Virus record (IMG/VR): IMGVR_UViG_3300021168_000025
Location: 5,621-69,620 of that record
DNA length: 64,000 nucleotides
Reading direction: 5' to 3' (one strand)
From: a virus
Part shown: in pieces, positions 47,378 through 57,354 of the stretch
Position numbering within the stretch: the stretch's first letter is position 1
Layout: each line of letters begins with the position of its first letter
The notes under the pieces: model-generated
Seen by the model: the letters and a program-made list of their open reading frames with translations, nothing else
Database searches by the model: none
Told to the model about the DNA's origin: nothing
Program-made: the position numbers and the translations under genes

Positions 47378-48874
47378 TCATCTCGCGAGTTCCCTTCTGA
47401 ATCCTGGTTGATCTTCGTTGTCAGTGTCGCTGTCCTGTTCGTGACTCCGACCGATCCAGGTGGTGATCTTCGCGTCGAGATCGGGACTCATGTAGTGCGC
47501 CTGTCCGGGGATACAGAACTGGCCGGACGGGTAGTGCTGACTGATGACGATGGTCTGCCGCGCCTTGTCGTTGCGGACCTTCTGGCTGTGCAGCCGGGCG
47601 ATCCCGCTATTCTCTTCCGAATTGGTCTGGCTGTAGGTGATTGCATTGTCGGCGACCGACAGCATGCCGATAGACCCGCTGCCGTGGTGCCCGCGCACCT
47701 CTGTGGCGCTCTCGGCTGCCCTAGTGCCTTGCTGGGGTACCACCAGGGCGTAATCGCGCTCCACGGCGCTCCCACGTAGCTGGATGGCGAGGTCTTCGAG
47801 CTTCTCCCAGCGGTCGGCGTCGCCGCTGCGCAGCCGCATGATTTGCGGATAATCGATCATCACCATGTCCGGCTTGAAGTTTTCGAGTAACTCCATTTCG
47901 TCAAGGTCGCGTTCCAGCATCTCAAAGGACAGTGACCCGGTAGGGTACGATTTGATCCTCAGGTTGTCGAGAAAATAGTCACGGTCCATCTTCTCGGCGA
48001 GGTACGCTTCGGTGTCTTCTTTGTCTTCGATGACAAAGTTGGGTTTCAGCACCGTGGTGCGGAGATCGGTTACACCGTGCCGTTCCTCAAACAGGGTGTA
48101 GTGATAGTCACCCTCGCGCTTGGTACCCGAATACAAGGTTTGGAAGTACCGTGCAGCGGTGAGTTCCCCCGAGTTCTCCAGGGTGTAGTGTACCGACCGC
48201 CAGCCTTTGAGCAGCGCGTGTTTGCCGCAGTGAGTGAGGAAGAAACTCTTACCACGGTTACGCGCCGCGATGAACAGTAACATTTCCTTCTTGGTGGGAC
48301 ACAAGCCGATCCGGTCAAATGGTTCGATTCCGATGTGACAATAGTCACCGGGGTGACGGTTGAGGAACCCCAATGCCGCTGTCTCGGCTAGGGTGAACCC
48401 GGTGTTACGGGCGAGTGAATGGGTAGCTTTGAGTGACTGTCGGAAGATAGTGTCTATTTGGTCGGCCGCGTCTTCCGGGCTGTCCTGGTACAGTGCCGCC
48501 GCTCTCTGGATGGCGGCGCGTTGGTTCCGGCGGCGGTTAAATTCGTGTATCATGTCGGCGACGTACCGGGTATTGAGACTCCGCTCTAACCGTAACATCG
48601 AGGTCAGCACACGTTGGTAATTGTTGTGACGCCTGTCCTCCTTGTTACTCAGTACCACGGTGAACACGTCATCGATGTGCTCGCGGCCGGGTGCCTGTTT
48701 GTATTTCTTGCGGTAACTCAGACACCGGGCGACGATGTCATCAAGCGGCGGGTCGAGCAGAGTTACATCAACCGCACTAGCGACAAACGCCGCATTATCG
48801 TCGGTACCAAATGCGACACAGGTGGTGATTGATTCCTGTACCGACAGGGTGAAACGTTCGTCACTATTCGCCAT
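47378..48874 (-). CDS. DnaB-like replicative helicase
   Basis: Walker A ARNRGKS, YTLE, MIDYPQIM, QKVRN. Confidence 0.8.
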   Translation of the reverse strand: MANSDERFTLSVQESITTCVAFGTDDNAAFVASAVDVTLLDPPLDDIVARCLSYRKKYKQAPGREHIDDVFTVVLSNKEDRRHNNYQRVLTSMLRLERSLNTRYVADMIHEFNRRRNQRAAIQRAAALYQDSPEDAADQIDTIFRQSLKATHSLARNTGFTLAETAALGFLNRHPGDYCHIGIEPFDRIGLCPTKKEMLLFIAARNRGKSFFLTHCGKHALLKGWRSVHYTLENSGELTAARYFQTLYSGTKREGDYHYTLFEERHGVTDLRTTVLKPNFVIEDKEDTEAYLAEKMDRDYFLDNLRIKSYPTGSLSFEMLERDLDEMELLENFKPDMVMIDYPQIMRLRSGDADRWEKLEDLAIQLRGSAVERDYALVVPQQGTRAAESATEVRGHHGSGSIGMLSVADNAITYSQTNSEENSGIARLHSQKVRNDKARQTIVISQHYPSGQFCIPGQAHYMSPDLDAKITTWIGRSHEQDSDTDNEDQPGFRRELAR

Positions 48875-49343
48875 CGTAAGGTACCACAAGCTGAAGTAAC
48901 CGTGATTGCATGTAACCGGGAAAGGCTTCCTCAAGGGCGCGCGGTACCCAATCGATCCGGTCCATCATCGCCTTGAACGACGGCGGGCTGTTGAACACCC
49001 GGAGCAGGAGGTTGGCTAGCTCCCTGGCGCAGACATGGCCAAGAGCGACGTGCTGCACCGGCATCAGCCCCGGCGCGCATTCGGTGAGTAGCTCGCGCAC
49101 GGCTTCCGACTTAGTGGCGAAGCTGGCGAAGCTGCCCGATTTCTTTATGTGGAAGGACCGGCCAACATAGATACCCCGGTGCTCGCACTCGCGCAGGACG
49201 CCTTCCAGTAACCAATCCTGTTCCTCAACATTGTCACTGCGGATGGATTGGTTTTGCATAAGTAACGCGCACCGCTTCCTTATGTCATCGAGTTGCTTTC
49301 TCTGTAGTAACGGTAACTCTTCCACGATGGTCTGGTAGGACAT
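48864..49343 (-). CDS. Hypothetical protein
   Basis: GGGAG RBS; coupled to the helicase. Confidence 0.6.
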   Translation of the reverse strand: MSYQTIVEELPLLQRKQLDDIRKRCALLMQNQSIRSDNVEEQDWLLEGVLRECEHRGIYVGRSFHIKKSGSFASFATKSEAVRELLTECAPGLMPVQHVALGHVCARELANLLLRVFNSPPSFKAMMDRIDWVPRALEEAFPGYMQSRLLQLVVPYDGE

Positions 49344-49374
49344 TAGTCGTCGCTCCCTGATTGGGTGGTGCTCC

Positions 49375-49477
49375 CTATTCTATTTATACGGTAGGCGCGG
49401 AGCCGAATCGGGCGCGCTAAATTTTTTTTCGCCGACCGCCCCGATTCGCTATGCGCCGTCCGTCTAATTTAAGTAGG
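49375..49477. promoter_or_regulatory. Divergent pair of ~41-bp motifs (candidate phage promoters or origin)
   Basis: Minus CGCCCGATTCGGCTCCGCGCCTACCGTATAAATAGAATAGG vs plus CGCCCCGATTCGCTATGCGCCGTCCGTCTAATTTAAGTAGG. Confidence 0.6.
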
Positions 49478-49479
49478 AC

Positions 49480-49870
49480 ATAGCGGCTCGGAAGGCGTAC
49501 TGCGGCGCAACGCCGGGGTCACCGCCTAGGGCAAGAGCGCACCGTAGAGCCGGTGGGCGGATGCCGACACGCCGCACTTTTGGTGAAAACTAACCCGGAT
49601 TCCGGGGAAGGGCTGTTCACCAATCGTACCTAAAGCCCAGGAACTCTCTCCGGTCGCCGGAACGGCTGGTTGAGGGATGCACACAGCCATGTCAAGCCGC
49701 ATCAAAGAAAACCAGGGTGACGGCGACCCCATCCTGTACCCAAGTGGTCGATGCCAGTTCCGGTGTCTTTCGGCCCATACCGCAACGATGGACACTCTTG
49801 CAGCCCAGCCAGTGACTCAGGTAGAGTTACTGTGCTGGGCGCATCGTGCCTTTCTCCCTCCCGAACGATA
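49480..49870 (+). ncRNA. Candidate structured RNA upstream of the HNH gene
   Basis: About 390 nt without a credible ORF; several long stems. Confidence 0.45.
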
Positions 49871-49880
49871 GACAAAAGAG

Positions 49881-50435
49881 ATGACGAAGAGAACCGGTAC
49901 CAAAAGCATTCCAGACAGACTCCGCGAGTTAGGGTTCAGTTCCTATCAGGACTATTTGAGGAGTGATCATTGGAGGGAACTTCGGGTTCGTTACTTTCGG
50001 AGTAAATTGCCGAAAAGGAATGAAGAAGGTTTGGCTTTGTGTCAGTTTTGTGATCAGACTTCGGGTCTTAATCTCCACCATAAAACCTACGGCAGGTTGG
50101 GAAACGAACGTTTGATGGATGTGATGCTGGTGTGTCGGGATCATCACGGGGTTATTCATCAGCTTGAACGTCATGGGTTCCAATTATGGCGCGCATCAAA
50201 AACGTCACCAAAAAAAGCGACTAAGTTACTAGCCGGACCTAATGCCTACGAACGCTCTCGGTTGCGGCGTGAAAAGATACAAGCACGCAGAAGAGAGTGG
50301 CGGCAAGCATGTCGGGAGGCAAACCGGTTGTGGTTACAATTATGGCTGACACGGTATTGGTTACCGATACCGCCACATAATTTCGAATATGTCACTCTGC
50401 GGCTTTTGCAAGCGATCTTGTACTTCCGTGCTTAA
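49881..50435 (+). CDS. HNH endonuclease
   Basis: YLRSDHW, CQFC, LHHKTY, E...D...VCRDHH. Confidence 0.82.
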   Translation: MTKRTGTKSIPDRLRELGFSSYQDYLRSDHWRELRVRYFRSKLPKRNEEGLALCQFCDQTSGLNLHHKTYGRLGNERLMDVMLVCRDHHGVIHQLERHGFQLWRASKTSPKKATKLLAGPNAYERSRLRREKIQARRREWRQACREANRLWLQLWLTRYWLPIPPHNFEYVTLRLLQAILYFRA

Positions 50436-50465
50436 ACGTGTGACCCTTAATGGAGGAGTCCGTCC

Positions 50466-50933
50466 ATGACAAAGCTGGTGATCGCCGATAATTCCGTGAT
50501 GACCGAAGGTGATGACGAGTACCACAACATACCGTGTCCGGGTTGCGGTAACTTCATCCTCCACCTGAGTGACGAACCGCACACCTTTGGGCTGACCACG
50601 GCGTTGATCCCGATGCGTTGTGACTCTTGCAAGAAGCTGTGGGAACTCACGGTCATGTGGGACAAGCTTGGGGTTCCTCACCTTGGTTGGGCTGTTGGTG
50701 ACGAGACACCGAAACCGGAACTGGTCCGGCTCAACCGTCATCACGAAGCACGCAAGATGGAACCCTGGCTGTCGCATGACCGTAAGGAAGAGATCGAGGA
50801 AATGGCGGTGATCGGGCGTGACCGTGACATCACCATCAACGCCAAGGAACTCCTGTCACTGATTGACGAGCTTACCTTCACCAAGGACATGCTGTTCAGC
50901 GAGTTCCGGCGCGGCAAGCCGGATTTGGACTAG
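50466..50933 (+). CDS. Zinc-ribbon hypothetical protein
   Basis: CPGC...CDSC; GGAGGAG RBS. Confidence 0.6.
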   Translation: MTKLVIADNSVMTEGDDEYHNIPCPGCGNFILHLSDEPHTFGLTTALIPMRCDSCKKLWELTVMWDKLGVPHLGWAVGDETPKPELVRLNRHHEARKMEPWLSHDRKEEIEEMAVIGRDRDITINAKELLSLIDELTFTKDMLFSEFRRGKPDLD

Positions 50934-50994
50934 GTGGGGGTTTACCCATGTCATTTCCCATGGTAGCGTTCTACCCAACGACCAGAGGTGACGG

Positions 50995-52395
50995 ATGCCT
51001 GATGACCTGACAAGGCTTATGTGGGTTGATCTGACTAAGGTGGGAGACAACCATTGCCGCGACTTTGCCGTTGATCCTATTGATGACGCCATCGTTGAGG
51101 AGCTGTGTCGGTCTATCGATGAGCACGGGCTTTGGCCCGGTATGGTGCTTTACGCCTATAATGGTAGTCTCGATGATATCCGTATCGCTGCCGGTCACCA
51201 CCGGGTGCGGGCGGCAGTACGGCGCGGGTATACTAAGGTGCAGTTTCCCGTCCGGTTGTCTATCACCGATGAGGAACTCATCAGACTGTACGCGGAAGAG
51301 AACGCGACCCAGCGCGGCAACTACGGCACGGCGCAAGCCGGTTCGATTGCCAGTACCGTACACTTTCTAGCCAAGGCGGTGATGGTTGGCAACCTTGTCG
51401 AAATTTCGACAAGGTTCGATATGCCTACCAGAGCAATCGAAACGCTACGAGGTCAGATAGCTTCCGAACGCGGTCTTGGTAGGAAGTTGATCCTTAATTT
51501 TCTACACGATGTTCCCGGTATCAATCAACAAGCGGTTAATGAGCAAATCATCAATCTCAAATCTTCCGGTAACTACGCGCGGATCATCGGCGAAGTCGAG
51601 GCCGAGATCGTGCGTGAGGAACAGGAAGCTGCTGAAGCTCTGGAACGTGCCGAAGCCGAACGTGTCGCTGCCGTTGAACGCGCGCGGCTGGCGAAGGAGC
51701 GGGCCGAACGGGAGGCTGCCGAGAAGGCCGAACGGGAGGCTGCCGAGAAGGCGCGCGCGTTGGAAGAGTTACAAGCAAACCGTGAAGAGGCGAGTAACCT
51801 TGCTGCAAAAGCTGCGGCTGCCGCCGAACAGGAAGTGACTTTTGATTATGCCGGCGTCGTTAAGCATTTAACGGTAGCTCATCACATAAACACCTTTCGT
51901 GATGCAGTCACCGAACTTAAGGGCGTCAAACTTCCCGTTGAGAAGCAAGCGGAACTCGCTGCGTGTCTGGTTGCTTATGCGAAGGAGAGTGACAGGGAAT
52001 TCACCGGCAGCTTTATCAAATTGTACATTCATGTAAAAGCAGAGGAGGTACTGACGGGGGTTCGGCGTGACGATGACGAAGCGCGCCGGTCGCGTTTGGA
52101 ACAGGACATCTTGTTACAGATGCAGGATTATCAGAAAAAGTTCTCCACACATGTTCAACGTATGACAGGTGTCGGTGTCAAAATCCGTAACTGGTTGCGT
52201 GACTATCCGACCGTCGATCTTACCGTCGAAGCGGAATTTCGCAACGCGGTGACTGATGCACGGAAAATCATCAATGCGCTAGAAAGGGAGTTTGGACATG
52301 GCGAAAGGACGGAAACTGGTACAGGCAAAGCGGTTGCGCGCAGAAACTCTACGCAAGCGACGCGGCCAAACGGCAGACCGGCCTTGGGGGATTGA
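50995..52395 (+). CDS. ParB-like N-terminal domain protein with coiled coil
   Basis: SIDEHGL, IAAGHHRVRAA, EENATQR. Confidence 0.78.
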   Translation: MPDDLTRLMWVDLTKVGDNHCRDFAVDPIDDAIVEELCRSIDEHGLWPGMVLYAYNGSLDDIRIAAGHHRVRAAVRRGYTKVQFPVRLSITDEELIRLYAEENATQRGNYGTAQAGSIASTVHFLAKAVMVGNLVEISTRFDMPTRAIETLRGQIASERGLGRKLILNFLHDVPGINQQAVNEQIINLKSSGNYARIIGEVEAEIVREEQEAAEALERAEAERVAAVERARLAKERAEREAAEKAEREAAEKARALEELQANREEASNLAAKAAAAAEQEVTFDYAGVVKHLTVAHHINTFRDAVTELKGVKLPVEKQAELAACLVAYAKESDREFTGSFIKLYIHVKAEEVLTGVRRDDDEARRSRLEQDILLQMQDYQKKFSTHVQRMTGVGVKIRNWLRDYPTVDLTVEAEFRNAVTDARKIINALEREFGHGERTETGTGKAVARRNSTQATRPNGRPALGD

Positions 52396-53023
52396 TCGTC
52401 CTGTTGTTGGTGCCACTTCCCACGATCACGCTGTTTCGTTAGCTGAACGATTCGAGCTTGGGGTATATTTTGAGGCAAGGGACTTCGATTCTTGGGCAGT
52501 TGAATGTGGGTTACTATCGTCGCCGCCCCATCCACGCTCACCAGAATGGGCGAGCTTTGTCTATGCTCGTAATAAGCTGATTCATCGTCTACGCAAAGCG
52601 GCGAAACACTCCCGTATGGCGGAAGAGATCGGTAACTCATTTGATTTGCGTTACGATCCGCATTCACAGAAGTGGATGTTGATGCCTAGTGACGAAGTTA
52701 TTGCTCGTCAGGTTGTTTTGAAACCAATAGAGGATTATGTGGATTCTGAGCAGGAGAAGTTCTGGGCGTTGGCGCGCGGGGCGGAACTTGTTAAAGGCAC
52801 ACAGTTGTATAATCTGGCAAAGCATAGCAACGCCCAATTTGACGTGTTAAAGAAGGTAATTGTAGCACACATTGAGTCAATGTTTACCGAAATAGAGGGT
52901 TTCAAACAGGAGCTTCAAGAAGAGTTACGCCTTCGACATCAGAGCAGCCGTGGTGGTGTCGGACACAATCGCCGGGTTCGTGTTATGATAGACGCGGAAG
53001 CATTGCTAGAGGCAGATGACTGA
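52298..53023 (+). CDS. Hypothetical protein
   Basis: Long ORF with GGGAG RBS, overlapping the end of the ParB-like gene. Confidence 0.6.
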   Translation: MAKGRKLVQAKRLRAETLRKRRGQTADRPWGIDRPVVGATSHDHAVSLAERFELGVYFEARDFDSWAVECGLLSSPPHPRSPEWASFVYARNKLIHRLRKAAKHSRMAEEIGNSFDLRYDPHSQKWMLMPSDEVIARQVVLKPIEDYVDSEQEKFWALARGAELVKGTQLYNLAKHSNAQFDVLKKVIVAHIESMFTEIEGFKQELQEELRLRHQSSRGGVGHNRRVRVMIDAEALLEADD

Positions 53024-53237
53024 TCGGGAGAGAATCAAATGCCGAAGGATACTCTGTTCGATGACGCGACACTCAAGCGCGTAATGCTGAAAATGTTCCA
53101 AAGTCCCACGGCTGATGTGGCAGGTTTCTGTAACACGCTTGGCTTAAACCCGAAGGAGTTTATAGCGTACCTCAAGGATGACACTCGTAACGGTGACTGG
53201 CTGCGCGAGGTTCTAGATAAGGTAGGGGGTATGATCG

Positions 53238-53597
53238 TCATTTGACGGAGGGGGCGGGGAGATACTGCCGCATCTTGTCGAGGAGCAACGCGCCGCCAGG
53301 GAGCACGACGTGCCCGCCAAAGGCTTGTGCCGGTTCCTCGATACCGGATGCGACACTCTCCAGTTTTGCCTGGATCGCCAGCTTGACCGCGCGGTAAATC
53401 CGCTGCCGCCCCTGCGTGTGGGACGGCAGCGTGAAGCCGAAGCTGATTGTTAACCCGGCGTAGGAAAACTGAAATGCCGCGCGGTCGCTAGTGACAATGT
53501 GTTGAAAGCGGTCACCGCCGTAGCGGGCGAGGAGTACCGGTATCTCGGCGATGGTTTGTGCTACTGGTACCTTGGTGTTTTCGGCGAAGCGTCTCAT
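53238..53597 (-). CDS. Conserved phage hypothetical protein
   Basis: FAENTKVPVAQTIAEI...AKLESVASGI. Confidence 0.65.
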   Translation of the reverse strand: MRRFAENTKVPVAQTIAEIPVLLARYGGDRFQHIVTSDRAAFQFSYAGLTISFGFTLPSHTQGRQRIYRAVKLAIQAKLESVASGIEEPAQAFGGHVVLPGGALLLDKMRQYLPAPSVK

Positions 53598-53598
53598 G

Positions 53599-53793
53599 TT
53601 ATTGCTCGTCATCAAGTTGTACACGGGTCCGTATCTGAAGCTTTGTTTTGCCCTGCTCGATCAGCCAGCGGATCATTTCGCTGCGGCTCGGCGGGATTTG
53701 TTGGTTGTTACGATAATGGTCGATCCAAGCCAGGACCGTGCTTGGTAGACGGATTTGTATCGTTTCCATGGGTTTTTTGGCGGTTCGCGGCAT
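53599..53793 (-). CDS. Ribbon-helix-helix (CopG/Arc-like) regulator
   Basis: TIQIRLPSTVLAWID...SRSEMIRWLIEQG. Confidence 0.78.
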   Translation of the reverse strand: MPRTAKKPMETIQIRLPSTVLAWIDHYRNNQQIPPSRSEMIRWLIEQGKTKLQIRTRVQLDDEQ

Positions 53794-54436
53794 GGCGTCT
53801 CCTTTTGGTCTTGCGACGGGATGCTTTAAGTACCCGTCCTACGGCTGCAACCATGTGTCGTCCCAGTCGTTGGGCTAGGTAGTCATGGACCGCCGCTTTG
53901 GTATCGTCTTTCCATTTCCATGTGTTACACACGTACCCGTCTATCTCCTTAACACAGTCATCGCAGATGATCGTGTTAAACAGGCGGTATCCGTCGTAAT
54001 AAGGTGTCGTGGGATCGATGATCCGGCTGTACGCTGCGCCGCCCTGATATCTCTCCGAAGGTTTTTTGACTTGGTGACACAAAGCACAGGTAATACCGTG
54101 CCGATAGGCAATGCAGTTTGCCGTGTATGAAATATTAAAACGCGGTGCCCCACAGTACCACTCTAAATCTCGCTTTGGGTTATACAGGAGAGCGGCAATG
54201 AGTTCCTCGCTTGTTAAGTGACTAAATTCGCGACGTTCTATCAGAACACCGTAAGTTTCCAGCAGGGTGCGGTTATAGATGTGACAGGGTTCAAAGGCGT
54301 CGTAAAGTGGCCAACAGTCACCCTCGCAGACCCTAACTCTGATATACTGGATCATCACATCTCCGATGACGCTGGGGTCTGTTTTGTCAACGCCCCAACA
54401 CGTATCCGGGTGCGGAAACCTTCTTGACGACATCAC
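53708..54436 (-). CDS. Hypothetical Cys-containing protein
   Basis: CALC...CDDC; coupled to the upstream gene. Confidence 0.5.
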   Translation of the reverse strand: MMSSRRFPHPDTCWGVDKTDPSVIGDVMIQYIRVRVCEGDCWPLYDAFEPCHIYNRTLLETYGVLIERREFSHLTSEELIAALLYNPKRDLEWYCGAPRFNISYTANCIAYRHGITCALCHQVKKPSERYQGGAAYSRIIDPTTPYYDGYRLFNTIICDDCVKEIDGYVCNTWKWKDDTKAAVHDYLAQRLGRHMVAAVGRVLKASRRKTKRRRHAANRQKTHGNDTNPSTKHGPGLDRPLS

Positions 54437-55194
54437 TCACCTCCGATCCCGCAACGCAGTAGTGCCAATTCATCGGCCTCCGACAATTGATACAAGCCGC
54501 CGGGACCGGAGATAAACAGCCTGTCGGGTGGGAAGATGCCTGTGGTATGTGTACCGCGCTCGACTAGCTCCGCTTTGTAGCTACCCAATCGGTCACGAAA
54601 GGCCGCAGCCTCGCTTTCCTCGACAGTGTCAAAACCCGCACGGCGTGCGCGGGCTGTTCTTCGTGCTTCTTTGTCACGCTCCTGACCGATCTTCCCGGCT
54701 TTTTTCTCGGCGTCACGCAACCGGCGGAACTCTTTTTCGAGTTGGCCCATGCCGCCTTTGGTATTTATCCACAGTAACACCTCGTCCGGTGTCAGTGGAA
54801 CGTTTGCCAAGCCAAGTTCGCGCAGCAGCATGTCTACAGTGTAGCCTATTTGCCGTCTAAAGGCGGCAGTCCAGATCATCTGCACTTCAGGAATATCCGC
54901 CATAAGACTGCCGACCGTCCAGTTGATCATTTTTACACCGAAACTGTTCCCTGGAAAAATTTCGATCATCCGCCGGAAGTGGGGTTCGATGCCCCCGCGT
55001 CTGGATACCAGGACAGTGCAAAACAGGATTGCTGAAGCTTGTTCCGCCGATTGCGTAACCCCTTTCAAGTGGGTGACTATTGTATTTTCAAATACCGACA
55101 CAAAGTTTTCCAGTAGGTCACTAATTTCGTACCAAGAGGCTGGATCGCCCCCTTGTGCTATTTGATCTTTTAGCGCCGTACGGAAACCCAGCAT
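54433..55194 (-). CDS. Hypothetical protein
   Basis: 253 aa; AAAGGA RBS. Confidence 0.6.
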   Translation of the reverse strand: MLGFRTALKDQIAQGGDPASWYEISDLLENFVSVFENTIVTHLKGVTQSAEQASAILFCTVLVSRRGGIEPHFRRMIEIFPGNSFGVKMINWTVGSLMADIPEVQMIWTAAFRRQIGYTVDMLLRELGLANVPLTPDEVLLWINTKGGMGQLEKEFRRLRDAEKKAGKIGQERDKEARRTARARRAGFDTVEESEAAAFRDRLGSYKAELVERGTHTTGIFPPDRLFISGPGGLYQLSEADELALLRCGIGGE

Positions 55195-55216
55195 CGTCTT
55201 TTTCCTTTCCGACTTT

Positions 55217-55251
55217 AAAAAAACCCCGGTAAGATTGTACCGGGGTTTTTT
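55217..55251. terminator. Bidirectional terminator-like hairpin
   Basis: AAAAAAACCCCGGTA-AGATTG-TACCGGGGTTTTTT. Confidence 0.7.
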
Positions 55252-55379
55252 ACGGAGTGTCTAGTGTGTTTTTACTCCGACTGGTTAGTGACTCTCTTTA
55301 GATCGGTTCTAAAGTAACTTTAAGACTTGTCACAGGACAATTCATAGGGTAACATTCGCGCTCATACAAGGAGGGCGAA

Positions 55380-56081
55380 ATGATGAGTGATTTTGACGAC
55401 GCCACACAGGAAGCTGTGCGGCGGGGACAGCGGGCGTGGGAGTCACTGCGCAACGGCGAAAGCTGGGAGAACTGGATCACGGTCGGCCGCGCCATCGAGG
55501 CGGGCAGGAACGCGATCATGCGGATACTGCATACCAATGTTCCGAAGGGTAAGGCGTACAACACGCACTTCACTCCGTTCTTGACCGAGACGGGATTTGA
55601 CAAGATCGATGCGGCGGTTCGCACCCGGCTGCAAAAGTGTCTCGACAACTTGCCGGACATCGAGCAGTGGCGCTCCGGTATCGGACTCGGTAGGCGGCTG
55701 GAACTCAACCATCCGACCGCCGTGTGGCGCGCCTACGAGAAGGCAAACAAGGTGCCGGAAGAACCGCCGGGTGATTCGGATGATGATGATACTGATGCCG
55801 ACACTGAGTCACTGACTAGGCCGAAAACCTTGAAGGAAGCTAATGTCTGGCTCCAGAACAAGGTTGATGCGCAGGAGCGGGTGATCAAGCGGCTCGAAGC
55901 GAATGATGACCGTGGTCCGCAAGTGACCGTCCACGACAGGCCGGAAGACATCGCGCGCGTGATTCTTGAATGGCTCCCGTTGTCAAAACGTCACCCGGTG
56001 GCCAGTGCAATGATGCGGGCACTTAAATCGACCGCACCATCGACCACGCGGCGCGCGCGGGCACAAGCCGAAGTAGACTAA
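55380..56081 (+). CDS. Hypothetical protein
   Basis: AAGGAGG RBS, 233 aa. Confidence 0.7.
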   Translation: MMSDFDDATQEAVRRGQRAWESLRNGESWENWITVGRAIEAGRNAIMRILHTNVPKGKAYNTHFTPFLTETGFDKIDAAVRTRLQKCLDNLPDIEQWRSGIGLGRRLELNHPTAVWRAYEKANKVPEEPPGDSDDDDTDADTESLTRPKTLKEANVWLQNKVDAQERVIKRLEANDDRGPQVTVHDRPEDIARVILEWLPLSKRHPVASAMMRALKSTAPSTTRRARAQAEVD

Positions 56082-56282
56082 AGAGCCTCGTTTAACACGG
56101 TGGGACCGGATTGTCCCGCCGTGTTACTCGATCACGAAATCGTGATCGACGGGTAGATTGACGCAACAGTTCCTGATCGAGTAGCGGTTTTATGCGGTCA
56201 ATCAGTGACCGTAACGCGACCTGATGCGAACGACTGGCGGGTCCGGTCATCTACGCTACGGTTGCAGAAAGGGAGAACGCGC

Positions 56283-57269
56283 ATGGCTATGCGTGAGGAC
56301 TTGGCGAGTCAGTTGACCGCCAAAATTCTAGAAGTGGCGGACACCGCCACCAAAGACGAGCGACAACAAGTCGCCGATTGGATCACCAGAGCAAAAGACC
56401 ACGACGGTGATCCGGTCATCGAGTTCCACGAAGTAACACCCGCTGTCGCGGCATTATTCTTTTTGGAACACAACAACTACAACCGCGCTTGGGAGCCTCA
56501 ATGGACGGGTCATCTGGCTCGCGTCATGGAGTCTGGCGGTTGGAAGGTGAACTCACAGGGGTACGCCCTCTACGGTGATACCGGTGATGTCGGTGACGGA
56601 GCACACCGGTTGGGTGCCCAGGCAGTCTCCGGTACCACGCTCATGATGCCTATCTGCTTCGGTATCTCAAAAGATGCAGTGGGCACCTTGGATTGCGGCA
56701 AAAAGCGCACCGTCGCCGATGCCGCCTCCTTGGCCGGTATCTCCAATTCAACGGCAAAGGCGTCGTTGTTAAAGGCGATCTGGGCATATGAGCGTTCTGC
56801 CGGGTTCCCAGTCCCGGTGTCATCGGCCAACATCCCGGCAGTGGTTGATTATTTAAGACTCCACGAAGGGGCGCTGGCGCGGGCCATCGAACTGGCGCAG
56901 ATGTCGCAAATGGATGCCTATGACCCGTTGCTGGGTGATAACCCGGCGGCGCGGATTATCGGTGTCTTGCTACGGCATCGTTGGCCCGAGGGTCGCGTTA
57001 CCGAACGCCTCGATGAATTACAAACGAGTGACTTCACCAGCGATAAGGCACCGCTGGCGATTGCACGCACCTTCATCGAGCAACACCGCAAGCCCAAAGA
57101 TACCATCGAGGGTGGCGGTGAGGCGGGTGTCATCATCAAGGCGATGATTCTGGCCGAAGAGCGTTCGACGGTGAACAAGAAAGGCGAGCAGGAAATCTTC
57201 AACGCCGCCAAGCATCCACCGAACCCCACGTACCCCGCAGCACAACAGTCACGGGCTGCGGCTGATTAA
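56283..57269 (+). CDS. ParB/Srx-like (DGQHR-type) domain protein
   Basis: VTPAVA, NNYNR, M..GGW, DGAHRL, LDCGKKRT. Confidence 0.75.
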   Translation: MAMREDLASQLTAKILEVADTATKDERQQVADWITRAKDHDGDPVIEFHEVTPAVAALFFLEHNNYNRAWEPQWTGHLARVMESGGWKVNSQGYALYGDTGDVGDGAHRLGAQAVSGTTLMMPICFGISKDAVGTLDCGKKRTVADAASLAGISNSTAKASLLKAIWAYERSAGFPVPVSSANIPAVVDYLRLHEGALARAIELAQMSQMDAYDPLLGDNPAARIIGVLLRHRWPEGRVTERLDELQTSDFTSDKAPLAIARTFIEQHRKPKDTIEGGGEAGVIIKAMILAEERSTVNKKGEQEIFNAAKHPPNPTYPAAQQSRAAAD

Positions 57270-57354
57270 ATAACTGACCCTTGGAGCGGTGCCATTTTGG
57301 ACCCAGCCGCTCCGGGGTCTTTTCTTGTGACTAAACCCTTGGGAGGAATCTCCT

